Shown: positions 1 through 8,841 of the stretch, piece after piece | How positions within the stretch are numbered: position 1 is the first letter of the stretch | Layout of the letters: each line of letters opens with the position of its first letter | Virus record (IMG/VR): IMGVR_UViG_3300030095_005044 | Coordinates: 1 to 25,914 of that record | DNA length: 25,914 nt | Strand: one strand, 5' to 3' | From: a virus | Lineage: Duplodnaviria > Caudoviricetes | The notes under the pieces: model-generated | What the model was told of the DNA's origin: nothing | Databases searched by the model: none | What the model saw: the letters and a program-made list of their open reading frames with translations, nothing else | Position numbers and translations under genes: made by a program

Positions 1-287
1 TGACGATCTTTGGATATTCTTGCTCCGTAAAAAGGAGTGATTTTAACTGATGTGCCGTCGGCCAAATCAAGTGACGATACACCTGCTTCTGTCATGAGAT
101 TAGGAATAGTCTCTTCAGATAAAAACAGAGAATCTTTTTTCTTTTTCTTAAGTTGTTCTTCTAGATCCGCTATTTCTTTTTCTGTTTCCTGAAGCTCAGT
201 GCACTTCGCAGATATCGTATTGATTTGTTCGTCCGATGCTTTCATAAAAGCACCAGACACTTTTTGTATGTCTATTTGTTTTACCAT
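1..287 (-). CDS. Hypothetical phage protein, probably replication module (3' end runs off the window)
   Basis: Not in ORF track; translated by hand: ATG at 287, GGAGG about 7 nt upstream, open to the window edge. MVKQIDIQKVSGAFMKASDEQINTISAKCTELQETEKEIADLEEQLKKKKKDSLFLSEETIPNLMTEAGVSSLDLADGTSVKITPFYGARISKDR..., a coiled-coil followed by a small globular domain. Confidence 0.8.
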   Translation of the reverse strand, partial: MVKQIDIQKVSGAFMKASDEQINTISAKCTELQETEKEIADLEEQLKKKKKDSLFLSEETIPNLMTEAGVSSLDLADGTSVKITPFYGARISKDR

Positions 288-304
288 AACGACCTCCGCT
301 GATG

Positions 305-332
305 AAAATAAACTATTGATTTTTATTGTCAA
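305..332 (-). promoter_or_regulatory. Sigma70-like promoter for the leftward gene
   Basis: Minus strand: perfect TTGACA (332-327), 16-nt spacer, TATTTT (310-305), upstream of the GGAGG RBS and ATG 287. Confidence 0.55.
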
Positions 333-344
333 GTATTTTATTAA
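316..344 (+). promoter_or_regulatory. Possible overlapping divergent promoter for the helicase
   Basis: TTGATT (316-321), 17-nt spacer, TATTAA (339-344), 8 nt before ATG 353. Confidence 0.35.
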
Positions 345-352
345 CGTGGGAG

Positions 353-1777
353 ATGGTAACTAAATATAATTTTAAGACTAAGCCTTTTGATCACCAATTA
401 GAAGCATTAGAGAAATGCTGGGATCAAAAAACATATGCCTTATTTATGGAGATGGGAACTGGTAAAACTAAAGTTTTACTTGATAATATTGGGGTTTTAA
501 GATGTCAGAACCTTATAAATGGTGCCTTAATTATAGCTCCTAAATCAGTTTATACTGTGTGGCATAACACAGAAATACCAAAACATTTAAACGTAGAATA
601 TGACGTTTTACTATGGAAAAACACCATGGTTAAACAAAAATTAACAAATTTTATGCAAAAACCTTCTTTAAAATTAAAAATATTTGTGATGAATATTGAA
701 GCTTTATCTGGTGACAAAGGTTCATTTTGGGCAGAAACATTTTGCAACCTACACGATGCTATGGTTGTAATAGACGAATCTACGTGTGTTAAAAATTATC
801 AAGCTAGAAGAACAAAAAATATATTAAAACTTAGGAAAAGATCTAAATACAGAAGGATCCTTTCAGGATTTCCCACACCAAAAAATCCAATAGATTTATA
901 CACTCAATGTAATTTTTTAGATCCTGCGCATCTTGGTTTTAATTCAATTGTCGCTTTTAGAAATAGATATTGTTATTTTGAAACTTTGTTTTTAAATGGA
1001 AGACAAATCAATGTACCTGTTGGTTTTACTAATCTTGCAGAGATAGAAGCTAAACTTAAAAACTTTGCATACAGAAAAACTAAAAAAGAATGTTTAGATT
1101 TACCTGATAAAATTTATACAAAAAGAATAATACAATTAACAGATGAGCAACAAAAATTATATGATGATATTAGACTACAAGCCAGAGCCCATTTACAAGA
1201 TAAAGAATTGACTGTTACGAATGTTGTTACTGAAATTTTAAGATTACATCAAATTACTTGTGGTTATTTTAAATCAGGTGAAGGCGAAATACTTGATGTA
1301 AAAAATAAAAGATTAGATGCATTAATAGACATTTGTGAAGACACAGATCAAAAAATTATAATTTGGTCTACTTATGTGCATAACATAGAACAAATAAACA
1401 GAGAGTTAATTAAAAAATTTGGAGCTGAATCAGTTGTAACTTTTTATGGTGCTACATCATCTGAATCAAGAACTGATGCAATAGAAAGATTTCAAAACGA
1501 TCCTAAATGCAGATTTTTTGTAGGGAACCCAGCTACTGGAGGTATGGGTATAACTTTGACAAAAGCTGGAGTAGTTGTTTATTACTCAAATAGTTATAAT
1601 GCAGAACATCGGGTACAGTCTGAAGATAGAGCGCATCGAATTGGTCAAGACCAGAAGGTAACTTACATTGATTTTGTCGCTGAAAAAACAATTGATGAAA
1701 AAATATTAAAGGCTCTAGATTCAAAATTTAGACTTTCTGCAAAGACTCTTGGCGAGGTTGTGCGTGATTGGTTTTAA
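353..1777 (+). CDS. SNF2-family (SF2) DNA helicase/ATPase
   Basis: Motifs: PFDHQ (Q motif), MEMGTGKT (Walker A), IIAPKSV (Ia), VIDES (II), LSGFP (III), GGMGITLT (V), QSEDRAHRIGQ (VI). ATG 353 preferred over TTG 326. Confidence 0.93.
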   Translation: MVTKYNFKTKPFDHQLEALEKCWDQKTYALFMEMGTGKTKVLLDNIGVLRCQNLINGALIIAPKSVYTVWHNTEIPKHLNVEYDVLLWKNTMVKQKLTNFMQKPSLKLKIFVMNIEALSGDKGSFWAETFCNLHDAMVVIDESTCVKNYQARRTKNILKLRKRSKYRRILSGFPTPKNPIDLYTQCNFLDPAHLGFNSIVAFRNRYCYFETLFLNGRQINVPVGFTNLAEIEAKLKNFAYRKTKKECLDLPDKIYTKRIIQLTDEQQKLYDDIRLQARAHLQDKELTVTNVVTEILRLHQITCGYFKSGEGEILDVKNKRLDALIDICEDTDQKIIIWSTYVHNIEQINRELIKKFGAESVVTFYGATSSESRTDAIERFQNDPKCRFFVGNPATGGMGITLTKAGVVVYYSNSYNAEHRVQSEDRAHRIGQDQKVTYIDFVAEKTIDEKILKALDSKFRLSAKTLGEVVRDWF

Positions 1778-2429
1778 ATTCTTCAACTCTTTTCCACCAC
1801 TTATCTTTATATTCATCTAATTTACTTCCAGATAATTCAAACTCTTGGAAAACTAGACCAGTTGAAGCCATTAATATTGTGCCCCCTTCAATTTTACCGT
1901 ATTGTTTTTCATGTGCACAAATATAAGCGGTTAATTGTAAATAGTAATCTTCTACCCATTCTTCACGTTTGGGTTTATTTGTTTGTTTAAAATCTAATAT
2001 TGTAGGTTTTTTTCTATATACTCCAACACAGTCCATGGTGCCTGCATATTCGTTTGGATAAGCTATATTCTGTTCTACACCCCATATTTCATCTAAATAG
2101 ATAAAACCTTTAGATATGATTAAATTAGCCATTTTATGAGCTATAGGAGCGTCGTGGGCAGGCGTATCGAAGTTATTGGTATGCACGTACCTCTCAAGCA
2201 TTTCATGCATAATTGACCCTCTTGCAGCTGCCTCTTTCATAATTTTTTGAGCTTCAGCTTCGCCAACTCTTTCTCTCCATGCCTTGATTCCGTCAGAATC
2301 TACTTTTGTTTTTGATAATATTGTGGTTACTGATGGTAATTTTTCCTTGCCATCTAGATAAACTCTCCGTCCCCGGTCCGTTGTCCGAGTGTACTGTTTA
2401 TAGTTGTATTTATCTGTGACCTTCACCAA
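1728..2429 (-). CDS. PD-(D/E)XK exonuclease (MGME1/RecB-like phage nuclease)
   Basis: Motifs LPSVTTILS, RGSIMHEMLE, E...YAGTMD, ILDFKQT, DYYLQLTAY. Start is TTG 2429 or GTG 2426. Confidence 0.88.
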   Translation of the reverse strand: MVKVTDKYNYKQYTRTTDRGRRVYLDGKEKLPSVTTILSKTKVDSDGIKAWRERVGEAEAQKIMKEAAARGSIMHEMLERYVHTNNFDTPAHDAPIAHKMANLIISKGFIYLDEIWGVEQNIAYPNEYAGTMDCVGVYRKKPTILDFKQTNKPKREEWVEDYYLQLTAYICAHEKQYGKIEGGTILMASTGLVFQEFELSGSKLDEYKDKWWKRVEEFKTNHAQPRQESLQKV

Positions 2430-2438
2430 AGAAGAATT

Positions 2439-2446
2439 ATCATACT
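2439..2446 (-). promoter_or_regulatory. Possible -10 element (TATGAT) upstream of the exonuclease
   Basis: AGTATGATA on the minus strand; the same 9-mer occurs at 20225-20233 upstream of the 94-aa gene. No convincing -35. Confidence 0.25.
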
Positions 2447-2643
2447 GGTGTGTTAAGTAAAGAAAAAACTAATGTGCATAAACCTATAATAACCATTCCA
2501 GCTATACCTATTAGTATTTTTTCAATTCTATTAACCTGAGATTGTAAATCTGAAATCTTATCGTGTGTTTGTTTTTGCATGATTCTACATAGCTTTTCAT
2601 GACTATCTATTCTATTGTGTGCTAATTCTGCTGTTTTTGCCAT
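2440..2643 (-). CDS. Small coiled-coil protein with C-terminal transmembrane helix (XhlA-like/holin-like)
   Basis: 67 aa; heptad-rich N-terminus then ILIGIAGMVIIGLCTLVFSLL; TAATG-coupled to the upstream gene. Confidence 0.65.
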   Translation of the reverse strand: MAKTAELAHNRIDSHEKLCRIMQKQTHDKISDLQSQVNRIEKILIGIAGMVIIGLCTLVFSLLNTPV

Positions 2644-5552
2644 TATCCTTGAGCCTTTCTACTAGCTATTGTGTTTCCTAATGGATCAAATGGAAATAAA
2701 GATGCATAATCAACTGGTTTTATCCCAGGACCAGGAATACGTAAACCCTGTTGCCTTGGTAAAGTTGTTGGAGTTATAGGTTGGTTAGCAGGCATTGTAT
2801 TGACTGCTCTTGCCATCATAGCTTCTTCTTCCATATTAGCTGGTAAACCACCAATTTGTTGAGTTAAATATTCTATATCAGGTAAAGTATTAACAGCTGC
2901 AATTCCCTCCTCTTCATTTAAGCCAAGATACATATTCTCTTCATCTTTTTTATTCATGTTTAAATCTGCAAGAGGGTCTACTGGAGATTTTGTTTGATCT
3001 AAAATTTTAAATATTTCTTGCATAGATGCATCACTTTCATCAAATTTGTAATCTTCTGGTACATAATCGTTTAATGTTGCGTTAGCAATTTTTGCTAAGT
3101 GAAATCTTGAAAAAGTAGATAGTCCTCCAAAATCACCTGGTCTTTCTAAAAAACTTTTAAATGCAGAATTTATTGTTTCAGCTGCCTTTGGATTAGATAA
3201 AATTCTATTTGCTCTGTTCCCTAAAAATAAAGTAACTGCCATTGGAAAAAATCCCATACCATATGCACCAGCACCTACTGCAATGTTTGGACCTGATAGA
3301 ACTAATCTTCTAGCTAAGAAAGTAGATGCTTCAGGCACTACGTAAGATTTTACTGCATCCATATAACTTAATAAATCATCATAGTTTTTTAAAAGTTGAT
3401 TTGCTTTCTCTTGACCAAAAATAATTCTCATCTGCGTAGCTGAAGCCTCGTTTGGTAAAACTAATCTTCTAAAAACATCTGCATCAAAATAAACATTACC
3501 ACCACCTAGATTTTTTGCAGGCAATCCATTTGGCATTAACAAATCATCAACAGTTTTATAAGGTTGACCTAAAACAGCTTTTTGTTGTTCTTTTAATAAA
3601 TAACTTTCAATCCAATCACCCATTGCATTTTTCTCAATTGGTCTGAATGACATTTGATATGCATTTCCAACATGAGCACCCCATAATCTTCTTAAGCTTT
3701 CATTACCTTCTTTAGAACCTTTCTTAACTAAATCTGTTCTAAAAGCAGTATTGCCAGAAGCGTCAACAAATGGAGTTACTTTATGAACGTCTGAATCTAA
3801 AAGTTTTTGTAAATCAGTTATTGCAGAAAAACTTAAACCACTTTTAGTTTGAAAAATATTTCTACTAATTGTTTTTAACATTTGATCTTTATAAGTATTA
3901 CCTGCTTTATAAAAATCTATCATCTGTTTGTAACTTAATGCGTTTTGATCAAACGCCGCTAATTTTCTTGCAGTTAAAGATTCGAAAGTTTTTATATTGT
4001 TTGCATAATATTCAAACGCATGTTCAATATTTTCTTTAAGTTCTAATTTTTTAGCTTGTGTTAAGCCAGTTTCTCCTACTGTAGATTTGACTTCTGCTTG
4101 TACCAAATTACCACCAGTTTCAATCATGTCTTTAGTAGCTACATTTTCTCTTAAAGTTATTTGACGTCCAGGTGATAAATCCATTTTTGCAAAATCTTCT
4201 TCTAATGCTTTTTGTAGTTGAGTATAAATCATCTGACTTGGTTCATTTTTTGATAATTGTGCAGTAGATCTATTTAACATTGTTCTTAAAAAAGAATATT
4301 CTGAAATAGATATAGGTCTACCTTGTGCTGCCATTTTTTGATAAGCTGCAATAAATTGACCAAATGGTGTTTGTAAATCTTGTTCTTGTATAAACTTAAC
4401 TAATTCTGGTGGTGCGGTTGTGTCTCTTTGTAAAGCTTTAAAATAAGCATTTACATTATTTAAATCAATTACTCTTGGGTCTCCAAATGCTCTAGCTTGA
4501 TTTAAAAATCTATTAAAATTAATACTGTTTATATTCATGAACTTTTCGTAAGTTTTTAAAACTTGATTAGCAGCTCTTTCAGATGATTGTGCTGCAATCG
4601 CTAAATGCATTCCAGGTTGTAATTCAAATATTCTTGAAGAAATATCATTAAATTGTTTTATAGCTCCAAGTTGAGCCTCTGCTGCTGGTCTACCAATATA
4701 CGGTAATTGACCAAAAATTCTATTAACACCTTTTAAAATTTTACCCCCCATAGTGTTAGGGTCTGCTGCCATAATGTAAGAAAGTTTTAAATTATTTTTT
4801 TTAGCAATTTCTGCCATTGCTCTTGCATAAGGTGTTTCAAGACCAAATATTTTTCTTAAGCCATACATACTGTTTGCAGCCAAAGGACCTAATAATTCTG
4901 CGCCTGCATTAAATGTCAAACCAACTCTAAAATCATCTAAAGTTCTGAGTAATGGATTTTTTTCCATCATATCTTTGTATGTTACATCGCCAACTTTTTT
5001 CTTAAGATCTAATTGATCTCTTGCTATTTCATCAGCTAGATCATATGCAACACCTCCTGCTGAATATCCTAAAGCTCCAGCTAAAGCTGCTCTCATGGCA
5101 CCTTGAGCTGCAACAGTTCCACCCATACCCATAGCAGTTGCACCTACTTGTTTTATCCCAGTTACCGTTTTATTTAATAATGGGTTTTTAAATGTAGACT
5201 TAACTTTATTTAAATCTGCTATAAATTTTTTAGGATTTAATATAGCTCCTGCTAATCTTTTTCTATCCATAAATAAAGATGCAGTTAAAAAACCAATGTC
5301 AGTATACATTTGTACTTTATCTCTGTTGACTTGATCAGATGTCATTTCAGAGATGGGATCTGCCATCATTCTTTTTTCTGCGGCAACAACTTTAGCAGCT
5401 TCGTTCTGTTTATTTTCCATAACGCCTAAAGGAGGTACATCAATTACACCTTTTTTTTGTAAAGTATCAATAAATACTTTTTGCTGCGGATTTAAATTAC
5501 GAAGATCTATTCTGTTAGATTGTAATAATGATTCTAATTCTTTTATATCCAT
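2643..5552 (-). CDS. Large internal virion/DNA ejection protein (putative)
   Basis: 969 aa, largely helical composition with two Gly/Ala hydrophobic stretches (GATAMGMGGTVAAQGAMRAALAGALG; IAVGAGAYGMGFFPMAVTLFLG). Last and largest of a size-graded trio, as in podovirus ejection gene blocks. Confidence 0.6.
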   Translation of the reverse strand: MDIKELESLLQSNRIDLRNLNPQQKVFIDTLQKKGVIDVPPLGVMENKQNEAAKVVAAEKRMMADPISEMTSDQVNRDKVQMYTDIGFLTASLFMDRKRLAGAILNPKKFIADLNKVKSTFKNPLLNKTVTGIKQVGATAMGMGGTVAAQGAMRAALAGALGYSAGGVAYDLADEIARDQLDLKKKVGDVTYKDMMEKNPLLRTLDDFRVGLTFNAGAELLGPLAANSMYGLRKIFGLETPYARAMAEIAKKNNLKLSYIMAADPNTMGGKILKGVNRIFGQLPYIGRPAAEAQLGAIKQFNDISSRIFELQPGMHLAIAAQSSERAANQVLKTYEKFMNINSINFNRFLNQARAFGDPRVIDLNNVNAYFKALQRDTTAPPELVKFIQEQDLQTPFGQFIAAYQKMAAQGRPISISEYSFLRTMLNRSTAQLSKNEPSQMIYTQLQKALEEDFAKMDLSPGRQITLRENVATKDMIETGGNLVQAEVKSTVGETGLTQAKKLELKENIEHAFEYYANNIKTFESLTARKLAAFDQNALSYKQMIDFYKAGNTYKDQMLKTISRNIFQTKSGLSFSAITDLQKLLDSDVHKVTPFVDASGNTAFRTDLVKKGSKEGNESLRRLWGAHVGNAYQMSFRPIEKNAMGDWIESYLLKEQQKAVLGQPYKTVDDLLMPNGLPAKNLGGGNVYFDADVFRRLVLPNEASATQMRIIFGQEKANQLLKNYDDLLSYMDAVKSYVVPEASTFLARRLVLSGPNIAVGAGAYGMGFFPMAVTLFLGNRANRILSNPKAAETINSAFKSFLERPGDFGGLSTFSRFHLAKIANATLNDYVPEDYKFDESDASMQEIFKILDQTKSPVDPLADLNMNKKDEENMYLGLNEEEGIAAVNTLPDIEYLTQQIGGLPANMEEEAMMARAVNTMPANQPITPTTLPRQQGLRIPGPGIKPVDYASLFPFDPLGNTIASRKAQG

Positions 5553-7549
5553 TAGTTTTCTCCTATAACTGGTAAATCTCCAAAAAGCTCTTTAGAAACT
5601 TTATCTAAATCACCAGCATTATTTTCAATTATTAGAGCTAAATTTTTTTCAAAACCTTTTAACTGGTTTATATTTTTTTGTTTAGATAAATCCATAATTT
5701 TTTCATATCCATAAATTTGATCCGGCATAATTCCTATAGTAGATGCAACACCTAAATCTTTTCTAATAGATTCTTCTAATTCTTTTCTTATAACTAAATA
5801 TTGAGCTATTACTTTTGTTGGAGATTTTAAAAAACCAAATTGACTTGTTAATTTTTCAGCTCTTTCAATATCTCTTACAGCAAGTCTGTCTTTATCTTTT
5901 AAAATATTTGCAAGAGCATAAGATGTTAAAAGTTCAATAGCTCTTAAAGAAGCCTGTTTTCTTAAAGTATCAGTTTCAGCAGATGAAACATCTCCTATAT
6001 TTTTTTTTAATCTATCAAAATATCCTCTACCTGCCTCTAATTCTGCCTCTGCTTCTTCTGGTGTAAGTTCTTTTGCCTCTAATCTTTCATTTACACTAGT
6101 GTTAAATTGACTTACGTTTTCTTTATATTGTTTATTTAAATCTTCGTATGAAGTTTCTGAAAAATATTGTGCAAAGATATCTTTACCTGCTAATAAAAAT
6201 TCAGAAACAGAACCTTTAGAACCAATCAAATCTGGGTCGTTTATAGTTAAGTCTAATGCTTTATTTATTCCTCTTAAAGCATTTGCTTTAATTGAAATCC
6301 CTTTATTTATTCTTTCAATATCATCTGCTTCAGGAGCGCTCATCATTTTGTATGGTAAATTTGTTACATCTACGTAACCACCAGGTACTTTTATTTGAAC
6401 ATTACCTGTTGTTTCTGAAACTCTAGCTCTATAACTTTTTGCTTCATCATCACCTGGAAGTGTTACTTTTACAATTTTGTTATCTGGTGAATATTTAAGA
6501 GCTTTATCTTTTTTTAAATTTCCAAGCATTGCTTTTTTTAATTCATTCTCATCTTTTCTTCTTTCGTCTTCTAAAGCTAATGCCATCGGTATTACATTTT
6601 GTCCTGCTTGACCTAATACATCTAAAAAACCTTTAAAACCTGGTTGATTTGTTTTACCTGTTAATAAATTGGAAGCTAATTGTAACAACAATAATTTGTT
6701 TGATCTTTTATCGTCACCCATAATATCATCAACTGCATTATCTAATTGTATAGCAAGAGCACTTTTTTTTGGATCTTCCGAAAAAAATGAATCCATATTC
6801 TCATAAAAAACTTGTTTTGCTTTTAAACTTTGATCATCTCTATTTTTTTGTTCATTCACAACAACATCATTAGGTATGTCATCTATTGTTTCAGTAGTCT
6901 CATCTATAATAACGCCAGTATCCACTGGACCTTCATCACCAGGTTTTACTACATTAAGATCTGTTAATTGATCTTTTTCAATAGTTTGATTAATTACCTC
7001 AGGCACAGCTTCTTGTGCTATATCAATCCCACTATCTTGCTCAGAAGTATTTATTTGTTCAATTATTTCAGAAGTACTCATTCCAGGAAAATCTTTTTCT
7101 AATTGTGATTTTTCTTTAGGAACTGCATCTTGACTTATGTTTACATTATCTAGATAATCAATTGCGGGAGTATCTGGACTTCCTGCTAGAGTTCCGGGTG
7201 CTCTTATAGCAGGACCGGCTTCTTTCGCCATTCTTTCTGCATATTCTCTATCAAAATCTGAACCTGGGAAATTTGACATAAAGTTTGATATTGTTGGGTT
7301 TTGTGCTGCAGCACTTAATCCGTATAAACTTAATATGTATGGATTTCTTAATCCTAAAAATTTTCCAGTCTTACTTATAGGTGTTCTTATAGCTCCAGGT
7401 AAAGAAGCATATCTTTGTTGTAAACCTTTTATAGAAAACAAAGGTTCTCTATTGTAAACTGCAGGTACATTTGGTGATGATGGAGGCATTGGTAATCTTG
7501 TTATACCACCCTTATCAAAACTTGTTGGTTTTTTGAGTTTATTAATCAC
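5552..7549 (-). CDS. Internal virion/ejection protein (putative)
   Basis: 665 aa, GTG start with GGAGG RBS; acidic disordered N-half, helical C-half; position in the ejection block. Confidence 0.55.
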   Translation of the reverse strand: MINKLKKPTSFDKGGITRLPMPPSSPNVPAVYNREPLFSIKGLQQRYASLPGAIRTPISKTGKFLGLRNPYILSLYGLSAAAQNPTISNFMSNFPGSDFDREYAERMAKEAGPAIRAPGTLAGSPDTPAIDYLDNVNISQDAVPKEKSQLEKDFPGMSTSEIIEQINTSEQDSGIDIAQEAVPEVINQTIEKDQLTDLNVVKPGDEGPVDTGVIIDETTETIDDIPNDVVVNEQKNRDDQSLKAKQVFYENMDSFFSEDPKKSALAIQLDNAVDDIMGDDKRSNKLLLLQLASNLLTGKTNQPGFKGFLDVLGQAGQNVIPMALALEDERRKDENELKKAMLGNLKKDKALKYSPDNKIVKVTLPGDDEAKSYRARVSETTGNVQIKVPGGYVDVTNLPYKMMSAPEADDIERINKGISIKANALRGINKALDLTINDPDLIGSKGSVSEFLLAGKDIFAQYFSETSYEDLNKQYKENVSQFNTSVNERLEAKELTPEEAEAELEAGRGYFDRLKKNIGDVSSAETDTLRKQASLRAIELLTSYALANILKDKDRLAVRDIERAEKLTSQFGFLKSPTKVIAQYLVIRKELEESIRKDLGVASTIGIMPDQIYGYEKIMDLSKQKNINQLKGFEKNLALIIENNAGDLDKVSKELFGDLPVIGEN

Positions 7550-7552
7550 AGG

Positions 7553-8416
7553 TTACCTCCCTGAGAACGCTGCGTACGCTCCTAATCCTGTTCCAACAGC
7601 TTGACCTAAAGGACTTTGTTGTGGTGCAGATGTTTGCGATAGTCTTGCTTGAGATGCAGATGGTATGCCTGATTGAATATCAGATACAAATGCAACTCTT
7701 TGATAAGGTTCTTGAATGTTTTGCACAGCTGTTTGACGTGCTGCTTCTAATCCTGCTTGTTCTATTCCTCTTTGAACTCCACCCATACCCGCTAATCCTT
7801 GTAATTGACTTTCTCGTTGAGCTAAAGCTTGTTGAGCTAAACCAGTTTGACCTTGTGCTGCTTGTAAATTAGTTTGTGTTTGTAAACCTCTTTGTGTTTG
7901 TAATTCACCTAACGCTGATTGGAAACCTTGTCCATATATTTGTCCTAAAGTATCAGATTTACCTCTTTGTAATTCAGCAATTCCCACACCTTCTCTTCCA
8001 CCACCAAAGTTACCACTTGAAACAGCTTGTTGTGCAAGTTGATTTTCACGTTTTTGATAATCATCTGACACTTGATTAATTACATTTTGAATAAAAGGAT
8101 TCATTGCTTGTTGAACATCTGTGGCTGTAAATGTTTTACCTGCTGCTGTTTGCGCAGCACCTAATGCTGTATCAGCTGCAGTCATTTGTGATGCACCCGC
8201 AGGTCCAGATCTAGCTAATGCTAAAGCATCTTGTTCTGCTTGAGACATACCTGCAACTTGAAAAGCTGGTGGAGTAGTTTTAGTTCTAGCTAATTCAATG
8301 GCAGAATCCATTAAGCCTAATCTTCTTGCTTCTATCTCTGGTGCTTCTCTTATTGTTTGAACGTTAGTAGTATCCGCTGGTACGCTACCACCTCCGCCTC
8401 CTCCGCCTGAACTCAT
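7553..8416 (-). CDS. Gln/Ala/Gly-rich DNA transfer/pilot protein (putative)
   Basis: 287 aa; N-terminal SSGGGGGGGS, AMNPF and GNFGGGREG motifs, C-terminal GQAVGTGLGAYAAF hydrophobic tail typical of small podovirus ejection proteins. Confidence 0.6.
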   Translation of the reverse strand: MSSGGGGGGGSVPADTTNVQTIREAPEIEARRLGLMDSAIELARTKTTPPAFQVAGMSQAEQDALALARSGPAGASQMTAADTALGAAQTAAGKTFTATDVQQAMNPFIQNVINQVSDDYQKRENQLAQQAVSSGNFGGGREGVGIAELQRGKSDTLGQIYGQGFQSALGELQTQRGLQTQTNLQAAQGQTGLAQQALAQRESQLQGLAGMGGVQRGIEQAGLEAARQTAVQNIQEPYQRVAFVSDIQSGIPSASQARLSQTSAPQQSPLGQAVGTGLGAYAAFSGR

Positions 8417-8841
8417 TTTTTTTCTCCTATAAATTTATCTAATTGAATATGTGATTTAACATAACCTTTATTTTTTAAAAATCTTTCCCAACCTGGTCTT
8501 GCATAAAATTCCATTTTACTTACTCCTTGTGTTTTTGCCCACTCTTCCATCGGTTCTAAAAACTTTGTCCATAACTCCATTTTCTCCCCTGTAAGTATCC
8601 GAAAATTCATTGTCCGATACTTAGGATACTGTTTTAATTCTGTTACTCCCACTGCGTAGACTTTTTGATCTGCTTCAGACCAAGCCACCCACAATTGCAT
8701 CAGATTTTTTTTAATCTGATCTTTCAAGTGTTCGTGGTCAGCGTACCCACCTGACCTTTCGAGAGCTTTTTGAATATAGTCTTGAACAAAAATCCAAACT
8801 TTATCCACTTCTTCTTCTTTCCATACACGCAACAAATCCAT
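8413..8841 (-). CDS. GNAT-fold acetyltransferase-like virion assembly protein
   Basis: 142 aa; MQLWVAW...AVGVTE strands, EEWAKTQGVSKMEFYARPGWERFL...GY C-terminal GNAT-like pattern; next to the ejection genes. Confidence 0.6.
   Translation of the reverse strand: MDLLRVWKEEEVDKVWIFVQDYIQKALERSGGYADHEHLKDQIKKNLMQLWVAWSEADQKVYAVGVTELKQYPKYRTMNFRILTGEKMELWTKFLEPMEEWAKTQGVSKMEFYARPGWERFLKNKGYVKSHIQLDKFIGEKK

Noticed and set aside
1728-2429. Cas4 assignment for the nuclease
   Set aside because: Lacks the four-cysteine Fe-S cluster pattern and any CRISPR context.
8735-8756. GGTCAG...CTGACC inverted repeat in the GNAT-like gene
   Set aside because: Only a 6-bp stem, mid-gene, with no convincing terminator context; could arise by chance.
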